From a bacterium (GTDB lineage: Bacteria > Patescibacteriota > Minisyncoccia > Minisyncoccales > CG1-02-41-26), in contig JAUVXX010000001.1 in NCBI GenBank assembly GCA_030603395.1, positions 29,822-93,821 of the forward strand: DNA of 64,000 nucleotides, written 5' to 3'. The position numbers and the translations under genes were made by a program. Under the pieces are notes generated by a model. It made no database searches and had not been told where the DNA came from. It saw only the letters and a list, made by a program, of their open reading frames with translations. Of this stretch, positions 26,653 to 35,880 are shown piece after piece (the stretch's first letter is position 1; each line of letters begins with the position of its first letter).

Positions 26653-28759
26653 AACCCTTGGGTTTGAAACCAGCTTGTTTTGCCGAAAGATTTATCCTCC
26701 CTAATTCATCAATTTTTATGACCTTAACCGGAATAATATCTCCGAGGCTAACCACATCAGCTACTTTGTCTATTCTTTGGGGAACAAATTCGGAAATGTG
26801 AACCATTCCCTCCTGTCCCGGGGAAACCTCAACCATTGCCCCGAAATCTAAGATTCTTTTCACCTTGCCCTGGAAAACCTCTCCTGCCTTGATTTCTTTG
26901 GTGATGCTTTTTATCCAATCAATAGCTTTTTGAGCGGCCGCTTCCTTTTCAGCGGTCACAAATACTTCTCCCGACTCTTCAATGTCAATAGCTACCTGGC
27001 AACTCTCAATTATCTCATTGATAATCTTGCCTCCCGGGCCGATGACACTACCTATCTTACTGGGGTCAATTTGCAGCCGGAAAACTTTGGGAGCAAAAGG
27101 AGAAAGCTGGGCTCTGTGCCGTGATAAAACCTTGCCGGTATTTTTCAGAACCTCCAATCTGGCTTTTTGGGCGGCTGCCAAAGCTTCTTTTAAAATTTCT
27201 TTGGTTAAACCGTCGGTCTTAACGTCCATCTGGATAACCGTGATACCCTTTTCAGTGCCGGCAACCTTAAAGTCCATATCTCCCAAAGAATCCTCGGGTC
27301 CCTGGATGTCGGTTAAAAGTTTCCAATTTTTATCTGATTCTTTAACCATGCCAATGGCAATACCGGCGGCCGGTCTTTGGATAGGCACCCCGGCATCCAT
27401 TAAAGCCAACGAAGCCCCGGAAACAGAAGCCATGCTGGTTGAACCATTAGAAGACAAAAGTTCAGAAACCACTCGGATGGTATAGGGGAATTCTTCAAAG
27501 CTTGGAAGAAGAGGGAAAAGAGCTTTCTCGGCCAACATGCCGTGGCCAATCTCCCTTCTGCCAGGCCCCCTCAAGGGTTTAACTTCACCAACCGAATATG
27601 GAGGAAAATTATAATGGTGTAAAAATCGTTTCTTGCCGACAATCTCCATGCCCTCAACGAGCTGCTGGTCTCCAGGAGCTCCCAGGGTTAAAATTGACAG
27701 AACTTTTGTTTCTCCCCGAGAAAAAAACCCGGAACCGTGAACCCGAGGTAAAAGACCAACTTCTGCCTCTATCTTCCTTATTTCGTCCAACTTCCTCCCA
27801 TCCGGCCTTCTCTCTTTCTGGAGAATGTTTTCTTTTAAAATCCTCTCTTTTTCTTTTTCAAAAACAGTTAAAGCTTGAGCAATTTTCTCTTCCCCAAACT
27901 CTTTCTCAATCTTTTCTCGGAGTTCCTCTTCCAAGCCCTTCAAATCGTTATTTCGTTTCTGTTTCTCTTTTTGGAAGAAAGCTTTTTCTAATCTCTTGGC
28001 TAAAAACTTTTTAATTTCTTTTTCAAGGTCTGGCTCAAGCACTGGTTTTTCAAGTTTAATTTTCTCTTTGCCAATTTTTTTGGCAATTTCCTTTTGAAAA
28101 TCAATCAGGGCTTTTAGATGAGGTCTGGCAAACTCAAAAGCTTCCAAAACCATTTCCTCGCTTATCTCCTCTCCCTTACCTTCAAGCATATTGATGAGAA
28201 TCTCTCCCTCCCTTTCAATTCCAGAAAAAATCAAATCCAACTCTCCCTTTTCTCTTTCCTCATAAGTGGGGTTGAGAATAAAATTGTTATCAATCTTGCC
28301 GATTCTGACCACTCCAATCGGTCCCTGCCAGGGAATTTCAGAAATTGACAAAGTTAAAGAAGCCCCCAAAAGCCCGGCGACCACCGGGTCGTTTTGAGCA
28401 TCCCAGCTTAAACAGATAGCTATCACCTGAATCTCGCTTTTGAGATTCTCTGGAAAAAGAGGACGAATAGCTCTGTCAATCATCCTTGAACTCAAGACTG
28501 CTTCGGCGCTCGGTCGTCCTTCTCTTCGGATAAAGCGGGAGCCGCCGATTCTTCCCGCAGCATAATACTTTTCTTCATAATCGCAGGTTAATGGGAAAAA
28601 TCCCAGATCTTCTCTTTCCTCTCCCATTTGGGCTGTCACCAGAACCGAGGTCTCCCCTGACTTGACCAGACAACATCCTGAGGCCTGTTCAGCCAATCCT
28701 CCAAATTCCACCTTAATTTCTTTTTCTGCTAATTTTATTTGAAAAGAATCTTTTTGCAT
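26633..28759 (-). CDS. pnp: Polynucleotide phosphorylase
   Basis: It has two RNase PH-like domains (GGTRxGRR-type region), a KH domain, and a C-terminal S1 domain (GEVFQGKVKRILDFGAMVEV). Its length is about 708 aa. Confidence 0.9.
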   Translation of the reverse strand: MQKDSFQIKLAEKEIKVEFGGLAEQASGCCLVKSGETSVLVTAQMGEEREDLGFFPLTCDYEEKYYAAGRIGGSRFIRREGRPSAEAVLSSRMIDRAIRPLFPENLKSEIQVIAICLSWDAQNDPVVAGLLGASLTLSISEIPWQGPIGVVRIGKIDNNFILNPTYEEREKGELDLIFSGIEREGEILINMLEGKGEEISEEMVLEAFEFARPHLKALIDFQKEIAKKIGKEKIKLEKPVLEPDLEKEIKKFLAKRLEKAFFQKEKQKRNNDLKGLEEELREKIEKEFGEEKIAQALTVFEKEKERILKENILQKERRPDGRKLDEIRKIEAEVGLLPRVHGSGFFSRGETKVLSILTLGAPGDQQLVEGMEIVGKKRFLHHYNFPPYSVGEVKPLRGPGRREIGHGMLAEKALFPLLPSFEEFPYTIRVVSELLSSNGSTSMASVSGASLALMDAGVPIQRPAAGIAIGMVKESDKNWKLLTDIQGPEDSLGDMDFKVAGTEKGITVIQMDVKTDGLTKEILKEALAAAQKARLEVLKNTGKVLSRHRAQLSPFAPKVFRLQIDPSKIGSVIGPGGKIINEIIESCQVAIDIEESGEVFVTAEKEAAAQKAIDWIKSITKEIKAGEVFQGKVKRILDFGAMVEVSPGQEGMVHISEFVPQRIDKVADVVSLGDIIPVKVIKIDELGRINLSAKQAGFKPKGYGSRTR

Positions 28760-29265
28760 TACTTTATCGGCAGTAAATATCTCCTGGGGTCCTCACCGAT
28801 ATCTAAAAATTCATCAGCCGCCTCTTTTAATTTTGTAGAGGTGGTTTTGCCAAAAGCCATCACCTCCACTCTCTTGCCTTGATTGCGTAAATACTCAACC
28901 AAAGGAATAAAATCTCCGTCCCCGGAGCAAAGAATAATCACATCAATATTGGGAGAAGTTCTGATGGCATCAATGACTATACCAACGTCCCAATCAGCTT
29001 TTTTCTGACCTCCGTAAAACTCCTGGAGGTCTCTGACCCGCGTCTCAAACCCCAGCTTAGTTAAGGCCTCAAAAAAAGCTTTCTCTTCCCCGGTTTTGGT
29101 TCGAACCACATAAGCAAAAGCTCGGATGAGTTTTCTTCCAGCAATAGCCTGTCTTAAAATCTCTTTAAAGTTAACCCGTCCCCCGTAAAGATTTTTGGCT
29201 GAGTGATAAAGGTTTTGGACGTCTATCAAAACCTCTACTCTTTGTTCTTTTGGTTTGATAATCAT
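28759..29265 (-). CDS. NYN-domain (LabA-like) protein, a predicted RNase
   Basis: It has [11 protein letters not shown]...[25 protein letters not shown], which is a LabA/NYN-fold signature. It is inserted between rpsO and pnp. Confidence 0.65.
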   Translation of the reverse strand: MIIKPKEQRVEVLIDVQNLYHSAKNLYGGRVNFKEILRQAIAGRKLIRAFAYVVRTKTGEEKAFFEALTKLGFETRVRDLQEFYGGQKKADWDVGIVIDAIRTSPNIDVIILCSGDGDFIPLVEYLRNQGKRVEVMAFGKTTSTKLKEAADEFLDIGEDPRRYLLPIK

Positions 29266-29531
29266 CTTTTTTTAAGTCCTAATTTTTTAACTATACTGTT
29301 GTGTCTTCTGATATTTTCTTTCTTGAGGTATTTTAAAAGTTTTTTCCTCTTGATGACCATTTTCAAAAGACCTCTCCGTGAATGAATGTCTTTGGGGTGT
29401 TTTTTGAGGTGGCTAAGAACTTTTTTGATGTCCTCCGTTAAAAGCGCTATCTGAACATCAGCCGAACCGGTATCTTTCTCTTTAAGTTTGTACTTTTTGA
29501 TTATTTTTTCTTTTTCTTCTGGTGTTAACAT
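29262..29531 (-). CDS. rpsO: 30S ribosomal protein S15
   Basis: It has [49 protein letters not shown], which is a canonical S15 sequence. Confidence 0.9.
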   Translation of the reverse strand: MLTPEEKEKIIKKYKLKEKDTGSADVQIALLTEDIKKVLSHLKKHPKDIHSRRGLLKMVIKRKKLLKYLKKENIRRHNSIVKKLGLKKR

Positions 29532-29538
29532 AATTTTG

Positions 29539-29611
29539 TGCCCCCATCAGGACTCGAACCTGAAACAAACTGATTAAGAGTCAGCTACTCTACCAATTGA
29601 GTTATGGGGGC
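29539..29611 (-). tRNA. tRNA-Lys (anticodon CTT)
   Basis: I folded the cloverleaf by hand. The acceptor is gccccca/tgggggc, the D-stem is actc/gagt, the anticodon stem is gctga/tcagt with loop ctCTTaa, and the T-arm is tcagg-ttcgagt-cctga. Confidence 0.85.
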
Positions 29612-29612
29612 C

Positions 29613-30203
29613 CTAAAGCCCTATCTCGCAGTCAATGGTGAAAATGAAATTTGTCGTAAAGTTCTGCAAGCCAGTCCACTCAGCTACCCCCATTATTTTC
29701 AGCACTGTACCGACCAGCATAAAAGCGCCGTAAACCAGGAAAAGGCCAATGATCACGTTTCTGATTAAACTTGTACCCTGTTTTACCAGCTCCGGCTTCC
29801 CTCCGGCGAAATAAAACATAATTCCCCCAATCACCAACATCAAAACAGCAATCGGAGGAACAACATAAATTAAAACAAAATCAAATATTCCATCAATCAT
29901 CACAAAAAAATGGCAGAATTGACAAGTAACATTTTCAAGATGCCCTCCATTACTTACACAACTTCGTTCAAATGCTTCAGTTGGACTAAGCCCTGTTTTC
30001 ACTTCATCTTGTACATCTTTAAGTAAATCCTTACAGCCATCACTATCAAAAGCGCCTACGCAAACTTCCTTCCCGCAAGGAACTAAACCATCATAACAAA
30101 CACCTTCGGAATCTGCTTGGTAGAACCCAGCTAAGATTACCTGCGGCAAAAATAAGCCAACCAGGAAAACAATTAAAAACAATAGGGCTATTCTTTTTGA
30201 CAT
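29613..30203 (-). CDS. Cys-rich membrane protein with a signal peptide and two C-terminal TM helices (possibly VirB2/TrbC-pilin-like)
   Basis: It has a signal peptide, a Cys-rich ectodomain, and two hydrophobic helices near the C-terminus. The family assignment is tentative. Confidence 0.4.
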   Translation of the reverse strand: MSKRIALLFLIVFLVGLFLPQVILAGFYQADSEGVCYDGLVPCGKEVCVGAFDSDGCKDLLKDVQDEVKTGLSPTEAFERSCVSNGGHLENVTCQFCHFFVMIDGIFDFVLIYVVPPIAVLMLVIGGIMFYFAGGKPELVKQGTSLIRNVIIGLFLVYGAFMLVGTVLKIMGVAEWTGLQNFTTNFIFTIDCEIGL

Positions 30204-30242
30204 TTATTAAATATTAGCAAATTTTTCACTAAAATAAAAATC

Positions 30243-30317
30243 TGGTGCCCCTGCCAGGACTCGAACCCAGAACACAAAGTCCGAAGCTTCGTGTGATATC
30301 CATTTCACCACAGGGGC
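30243..30317 (-). tRNA. tRNA-Arg (anticodon TCG), CCA encoded
   Basis: I folded it by hand. The acceptor is gcccctg/caggggc, the D-stem is gtga/tcac, the anticodon stem is cgaag/ctttg with loop ctTCGga, the T-arm carries GGTTCGAGTCC, and the 3' end is ACCA. Confidence 0.8.
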
Positions 30318-30426
30318 TAACATTTTATTAGTATAGCAAGAAATTTGCCCTTCGACAAGTGCTCAGGGCAATCCTGAGGTTTCTCGAAGGATTGAAAAAA
30401 AGCAATTTTTAGGGCATAATAAACCA

Positions 30427-31947
30427 ATGAAAATACCCAAAGAAGTCCAATCTGTCATTGACAAACTCAAGGAAAACAAGTTTGAGGCCTATATCGTTGG
30501 CGGTTGCGTCCGTGACATTTTAAGAGGAGTTGAACCCCAGGATTGGGATGTGGCCACCAATGCCAAACCGGAGAAAATCAGCAAAATCTTTTTAAAAAGT
30601 TTTGCTGACAACAAATTCGGCACCATCACCGTGCTAACCGGGGCAAAAGACGCAAAATTAAAAGAAATTGAAATTACCCCTTATCGTATTGATGAAAAAT
30701 ACACTGACAAACGCCACCCTGATAAAATAAAATGGGCTAAAACCATTAAACAAGACTTAGCCAGAAGAGATTTTACAATTAATGCCCTTGCCCTCGGCCC
30801 GAAGGGCCGAAATATCGAAATAGGACCCTACGGGGAGTCGCCTGAAGCGACAGCGAAATGTCGAAATATCGAACTTATTGACCCTTGTGAAGGTCAAAAA
30901 GATTTAAAAAATAAAATCATCAGGGCCGTGGGAAAAGCAGAGGATAGATTCAATGAAGATGCCCTAAGAATGCTCAGAGCAGTAAGATTTGCCGTCTCTC
31001 TTGAACAGAGAACATGGAGGATTGAAGAAAAAACAGCTCAGGGGATTGAAAAAAATGCTCATCTTTTGGAATTTATTTCCCAAGAAAGAATTAGAGATGA
31101 ACTGATAAAAATCATTATGTCTCCCAATGGAGCCCAGGGTATAGAAATCTTAAGAAAATTAGGACTTTTAAAATATATTATCCCGGAACTTGAAGAGGGC
31201 TTTGGTGTTGAACAGAACAAACACCATATCTATCAAGTTTACCAGCACGCTTTGCTTTCTTTAAACTATGCCTGCCAGAATAATTTTTCTTTTCCTGTCA
31301 GAATGGCCGCTTTTTTGCACGACATTGGCAAACCAAGAGTAAAAGAAGGGGAAGGCCCTGACGCCACCTTTTACAATCATGAAATAGTAGGGACAAAAAT
31401 CACCCGTCAAATTCTCCAGAGATTGAGATTCCCCAAAAAAGACATTGAAAAAATAGCCAAATTAGTCAGGTGCCACCTCTTTTATTACAATGTTGATGAG
31501 GTTGGCGAATCGTCAGTCAGACGGCTCTTGAGAAAGGTGGGGACAGAAGACATTGAAGCACTTTTGCAGGTTCGGATGGCAGACAGAATTGGTTCCGCCG
31601 TCCCCAAAGCTGAACCCTACAAGTTGAGACACCTGAAATATATGTTTGAAAAAGTTTCTCAAGACCCCATCTCGGTAAAGATGTTGAAAGTAAGCGGCAA
31701 TGAAGTGATGAAAATCTTGAAAATCAATCCTGGCCCCCAGATAGGTCAGATTTTGGACGTTTTATTAAGCGAAGTTTTAACTGAGCCCAAGAGAAATAAA
31801 AAAGATTATCTGAAAAAAAAGATAAAGGAACTTGGCAAATTGAAACCAAAGAAACTTCAAGAATTGGCTCAAAAGGGCCGCCAAGATATAGAGAAAATAG
31901 AGACAAAAAGAGATGAAATGACCAAAAAAAAATACTGGGTCACTTAA
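30427..31947 (+). CDS. cca: CCA-adding tRNA nucleotidyltransferase with HD domain
   Basis: It has the class II nucleotidyltransferase head motif GGCVRD and an HD motif FLHDIGKP. Its length is about 506 aa. Confidence 0.85.
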   Translation: MKIPKEVQSVIDKLKENKFEAYIVGGCVRDILRGVEPQDWDVATNAKPEKISKIFLKSFADNKFGTITVLTGAKDAKLKEIEITPYRIDEKYTDKRHPDKIKWAKTIKQDLARRDFTINALALGPKGRNIEIGPYGESPEATAKCRNIELIDPCEGQKDLKNKIIRAVGKAEDRFNEDALRMLRAVRFAVSLEQRTWRIEEKTAQGIEKNAHLLEFISQERIRDELIKIIMSPNGAQGIEILRKLGLLKYIIPELEEGFGVEQNKHHIYQVYQHALLSLNYACQNNFSFPVRMAAFLHDIGKPRVKEGEGPDATFYNHEIVGTKITRQILQRLRFPKKDIEKIAKLVRCHLFYYNVDEVGESSVRRLLRKVGTEDIEALLQVRMADRIGSAVPKAEPYKLRHLKYMFEKVSQDPISVKMLKVSGNEVMKILKINPGPQIGQILDVLLSEVLTEPKRNKKDYLKKKIKELGKLKPKKLQELAQKGRQDIEKIETKRDEMTKKKYWVT

Positions 31948-31954
31948 ACTAAAA

Positions 31955-32027
31955 CGGAGCGTGGCCTAGCAGCTAAGGCGCCTCGTTCGGGACGAGGAGA
32001 ACGTGGGTGCAAGTCCCACCGCTCCGA
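31955..32027 (+). tRNA. tRNA-Pro (anticodon CGG)
   Basis: I folded it by hand. The acceptor is cggagcg/cgctccg, the anticodon stem is cctcg/cgagg with loop ttCGGga, the T-arm is gtggg-tgcaagt-cccac, and the discriminator is A. Confidence 0.8.
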
Positions 32028-33269
32028 CTATTCGTATCTCAAGGCCTCAATGGGGTTTTTCTTGGAAGCGGTGCGGGCGGGATAGATCCCGAATACCAAG
32101 CCAACAAAAGCAGAAACTCCTAAACCCAATAAAGCTCCCGTTACGGGAAAAGCGAAGGGCCAATCCAAAGAAAGTACTCTTCCTAAAACCAAACTGCCCG
32201 CAAAAGAAAGAGTTGCCCCCAGGATAATACCAATTATTCCTCCGATGGCGGTGAGTACCACTGCCTCCAAAAGAAATTGATTGAGAATATCTTTGTTTCT
32301 GGCGCCAACGGCTTTTCTTATGCCGATTTCTCGCGTTCTTTCGGTAACCGAAACCAGCATAATGTTCATCACGCCAACCCCTCCCACAATTAAAGAGATA
32401 GCGGCCAAAGAAGCCAAAAGTAAAGATAAAATTCCGGTTATGGTGCCTACCCGTTCGGCAATGTCGGTCTGCGTCATCACGTAAAAATCATCTTTGGCAG
32501 GGTCTTCAATGCCGTGTAATTCTCTCAAGGTCCTTTCTATATCCGCAACCACCATTGGTATAACTTGCTCATTTTTTGCTTTGGCCAAAATTTCATGATA
32601 ATAGTCAATCCCCAAAAGGTATTTTTGAGCCGTGCTGTGAGGAACTACCACTATCTCATCCAGGTTAAACATGGCTACCTGTCCTTTTGAGGGCAAAACT
32701 CCAACTACCTTGAAGTTCCTGTTTTTTATCTTTATTTTCCTGCCCACCGCATCAGAAAGCCCGAAGAGTTCTTTTTTAACCCGGGAACCTATTACCGCCA
32801 CGCTTTCAGCCATTTTAATGTCTTGCTCGGTAAACAAAGTGCCTTCTTCAGGATAGATATTAAACATCTCGCTTAACCATTCAGCTGACCAGCCCATCAC
32901 AGAAGCCTTAAAGGTTTCTCCTTCCCAAGAAACAGTTCCAGGCACAGCCACCGCTGGCACCGCGTCCAGAAGGTCGGGGACGTTTTTTTTATTTTTTAAG
33001 GCCTTGAGGTCACGCTCTTTCAAAGAGTTAGACATCACCTCAGCCATATCGCTGGGACCCTTTGGTTCTCTGCCCGGCCTGATAATGATTAAGTTGGCTC
33101 CCATGCTTTCTATCTGGCCTAAGATGAGATTCTCTGCTCCCTGGCTTACTGAAATGACCGTGATAATAGCAACCACACCGATGACAATACCCAAAATGGT
33201 TAGGGCAGAACGCATCTTATTTGCCCTTAAGCCAGTCAGGGCGGTTTTAAAAGTGTTTTTTAGAGTCAT
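32028..33269 (-). CDS. ABC transporter permease, FtsX/MacB family
   Basis: It has an N-terminal TM segment, a large extracytoplasmic domain, and a C-terminal FtsX region (IGIRKAVGARNKDILNQFLLEAVVLT). Confidence 0.85.
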   Translation of the reverse strand: MTLKNTFKTALTGLRANKMRSALTILGIVIGVVAIITVISVSQGAENLILGQIESMGANLIIIRPGREPKGPSDMAEVMSNSLKERDLKALKNKKNVPDLLDAVPAVAVPGTVSWEGETFKASVMGWSAEWLSEMFNIYPEEGTLFTEQDIKMAESVAVIGSRVKKELFGLSDAVGRKIKIKNRNFKVVGVLPSKGQVAMFNLDEIVVVPHSTAQKYLLGIDYYHEILAKAKNEQVIPMVVADIERTLRELHGIEDPAKDDFYVMTQTDIAERVGTITGILSLLLASLAAISLIVGGVGVMNIMLVSVTERTREIGIRKAVGARNKDILNQFLLEAVVLTAIGGIIGIILGATLSFAGSLVLGRVLSLDWPFAFPVTGALLGLGVSAFVGLVFGIYPARTASKKNPIEALRYE

Positions 33270-33271
33270 AA

Positions 33272-33991
33272 TTATTTTACGAAATGGTCTTTCTCAGCAA
33301 GATGCTGTTGAGCAACCTTAATGTCCTCTTCAATTTTCCCGTCACGCATTTTGATAATACGTTCAGCACATTGAGCAGTATAGGTTTCATGGGTGACTAA
33401 GATAATGGTATGGCCCTGCTTATTTAATTTTTGTAAAATTTCCATAATCACCTGCCCTGATTTTGAATCAAGGTTGCCGGTTGGTTCATCAGCAAATATT
33501 AAACTGGGGCGGTTAACAATGGCTCTGGCAATAGCCACTCTTTGTTTTTCTCCACCCGAAAGCTGGGAGGGCAAATGGTTGATTCTGTCAGTAAGACCCA
33601 CTGCCTCTATTGCCTTTTCAGCGAGCTCTTGTTGTAAACTCCCTTTAATCCCGGAGTAAGAAAGCGGCAGTTTAACATTTTCCAAAACAGTTGTCCTTGG
33701 CAAAAGATAAAAACTCTGGAAAACAAATCCCATTTTTTTGTTTCTTGTCCGAGCCAGTTCATCATCAGAAAACTCATCAATTTTCTTTCCTTCAAAGTAA
33801 TACTCCCCATTGGTTGGTCGGTCAAGGAAGCCCATAACATGCAAAAGCGTTGATTTACCAGAGCCCGAAGGTCCCATGACAGCAACAAACTCTCCTCCTT
33901 TCATGGAAAAAGAAACTCCTCTTAGGGCCGGAGTTTCCACGTCTTCATCTTTATAAATTTTTTCCAAATCTGTTAACTCAATAATAGCCAT
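33272..33991 (-). CDS. ABC transporter ATP-binding protein (MacB/LolD-type)
   Basis: It has Walker A (GPSGSGKST), the ABC signature [14 protein letters not shown], and Walker B ([12 protein letters not shown]). Confidence 0.9.
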   Translation of the reverse strand: MAIIELTDLEKIYKDEDVETPALRGVSFSMKGGEFVAVMGPSGSGKSTLLHVMGFLDRPTNGEYYFEGKKIDEFSDDELARTRNKKMGFVFQSFYLLPRTTVLENVKLPLSYSGIKGSLQQELAEKAIEAVGLTDRINHLPSQLSGGEKQRVAIARAIVNRPSLIFADEPTGNLDSKSGQVIMEILQKLNKQGHTIILVTHETYTAQCAERIIKMRDGKIEEDIKVAQQHLAEKDHFVK

Positions 33992-33992
33992 A

Positions 33993-35648
33993 TTATTCTT
34001 CTTCCATAAAGGTAATTACCTTATCTTGTTTTTCTAATCCCTTGGTAATCTCTACTGTACCATCAGAACCACGAAGCCCTGTTTCAACCTCTACTTCCTC
34101 AATGCTTTCTCCTTCCAACACCCGAACAAATTTCTTCCCATCCCTTGAAATTAAAGCCCGCTGAGGGATAACCAGCACCTTTTCTTTCCTTGCTGCAAAA
34201 ACATCAATGTTGGCGGTCATGCCTGACTTAATTTCTTTTCCCTCTTCCTCAAACTCAAAAATCACCTTGTAGGTAGCAATTCCCTCAATGATGGTCTCAG
34301 CCGGCTCAATTTCAATAATTTTTGCTGGAAACAAAATATCCTCTCCGTAAGCATCAAGGGTCAGGGAGGCCTCATTGCCAATTTTAATTTTAGCTATGTC
34401 GGCTTCAGGAACATTCGCTTCAATTTGAAAGTCCGCTTCAGAATCAATGGTAACCATATCCTGATTTGACGAAACAATCTCTCCCTTTTTTGCCTCAACT
34501 GACGTTACCATCCCCTTGATGGGCGAATGAATAATTGTTTTGCTAAGCTGGGCTTCGATGTATTCAATGCTGGCTCGGGCTTTTTTAGCCTGGGCTTCCT
34601 GAACAGAAATTTGCTCCTCGGTGCTTCCTGCCTCTTTCAGAACTAACTCTTTTTCAGCAAGAGTTAAGGCGTTTTTTGCTTCATTTATCTGGGTTTCAGC
34701 TGCAACAATGTTTTTTTGATTGGTAGCTTTTTGGACTTCAATTCCCTGCTGTTTGCCAGAGATGGTTATAACTTCGTTGTTAATATCGGTCTTGGAAGTA
34801 CTAAGATTGGTTTTTTCAGTGGTGGTTAATTTTGAAATTGGGATAGTTTCAAGACACAGTTTAACTTTTTGAAGAGCCTCTTTAACGTTAAAGAGAGCCC
34901 CGTCAATTTTTTCATTAGTTGGGTCCGAAACCGCCTCTTTAACATCCTCCTTGGTTCCTCCTTCCAATCGAGAAATAAAATCATTTGTCCATCTTCCTGC
35001 ATTCTCTCCACCCAAAAGAGCATCAACAGCCGAGGCTTTCATTGCCGCGATTTGATAGCTCTCCTGGAAATAGTCAGTGAAGTGGACATACTGAATGTCG
35101 GTAACAGTAAAGATAGCATTTGTCCCCACATTGACCGACTCTGAAGCAGCCATAATTGCTTCATCGTAAACTTTTTCAAGATCAACCTCAGCTTTGCTCT
35201 TTACATTTTCTAAGTTCAGTTCAGCATCAATAATCGATTTTTGGGAATTTTCAACTTTTGTTCTAGCAACCGCTATTTCTTCTTCTCTTGTTCCCTGCTT
35301 CAACTCTTCCAGTTTTGCTTCCTGTATTTCAAGGTTTGCTTCTGCCTCTGAAAGCTGGGCAGCCAATTCTGAATTTTCCAAGGCTATAAGCATCTGTCCA
35401 ACAAATACGCTGTCTCCAACCCCTACCAAAACCCCAGCTATTTTCCCGCTTTTCTCAAAAGCAAGAGTAAGGCTCTCCGCTGCCCTTATTTTTCCTGTTA
35501 CGCTGACTTCCTGGCTGATATCTGATATTTCAGCCAAAACAAACTGGTAAGGAAGTTTAGCACTCTTCTTTTTTATGTATAGCCAACCGCCAGCAACAAT
35601 GCCTGCCAAAACAATAATCAGTATTAAAATTTTAGTTATCTTCTTCAT
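33993..35648 (-). CDS. Efflux periplasmic adaptor (HlyD/MacA-family membrane fusion protein)
   Basis: It has an N-terminal TM segment, a long coiled-coil, and a C-terminal beta-domain, and it lies in an operon with the ABC ATPase and permease. Confidence 0.7.
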   Translation of the reverse strand: MKKITKILILIIVLAGIVAGGWLYIKKKSAKLPYQFVLAEISDISQEVSVTGKIRAAESLTLAFEKSGKIAGVLVGVGDSVFVGQMLIALENSELAAQLSEAEANLEIQEAKLEELKQGTREEEIAVARTKVENSQKSIIDAELNLENVKSKAEVDLEKVYDEAIMAASESVNVGTNAIFTVTDIQYVHFTDYFQESYQIAAMKASAVDALLGGENAGRWTNDFISRLEGGTKEDVKEAVSDPTNEKIDGALFNVKEALQKVKLCLETIPISKLTTTEKTNLSTSKTDINNEVITISGKQQGIEVQKATNQKNIVAAETQINEAKNALTLAEKELVLKEAGSTEEQISVQEAQAKKARASIEYIEAQLSKTIIHSPIKGMVTSVEAKKGEIVSSNQDMVTIDSEADFQIEANVPEADIAKIKIGNEASLTLDAYGEDILFPAKIIEIEPAETIIEGIATYKVIFEFEEEGKEIKSGMTANIDVFAARKEKVLVIPQRALISRDGKKFVRVLEGESIEEVEVETGLRGSDGTVEITKGLEKQDKVITFMEEE

Positions 35649-35746
35649 TATCGTTACTTTGAATATCTAAATCTTAAAACTTAAAAACAAAAATGTCAAA
35701 CAGCCAACGGGTTGAAAATAAATAAAATTTGGACTAAGCTAAAGAT

Positions 35747-35818
35747 GGGGCCTGTAGTTTAATGGTAGAATACCTCATTCGCATTGAGGAAATGCGAGTT
35801 CGATTCTCGCTGGGTCCA
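35747..35818 (+). tRNA. Probable tRNA-Ala (anticodon CGC) with an irregular acceptor stem
   Basis: The anticodon stem-loop is good (cctca-ttCGCat-tgagg) and the T-arm is gcgag-ttcgatt-ctcgc. A G3-U70 pair is present. However, I found mismatches at positions 4-69 and 7-66 when folding by hand. Confidence 0.5.
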
Positions 35819-35880
35819 TAGAAATAAAAATCCGCTAACTCAAACTCTCGGTTAGTGGATTTTAACTTTGGTTTTTTAAC

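Noticed and set aside
29613-30203. Calling a type IV secretion system from the VirB2-like and VirB6-like candidates
   Set aside because: The two candidates are 32 kb apart. There is no VirB4/VirD4 ATPase in the window, and both family assignments are weak.
32003-32227. 74-aa plus-strand ORF
   Set aside because: It overlaps tRNA-Pro and the 3' end of the ABC permease gene, and the peptide is Arg- and Pro-rich nonsense.
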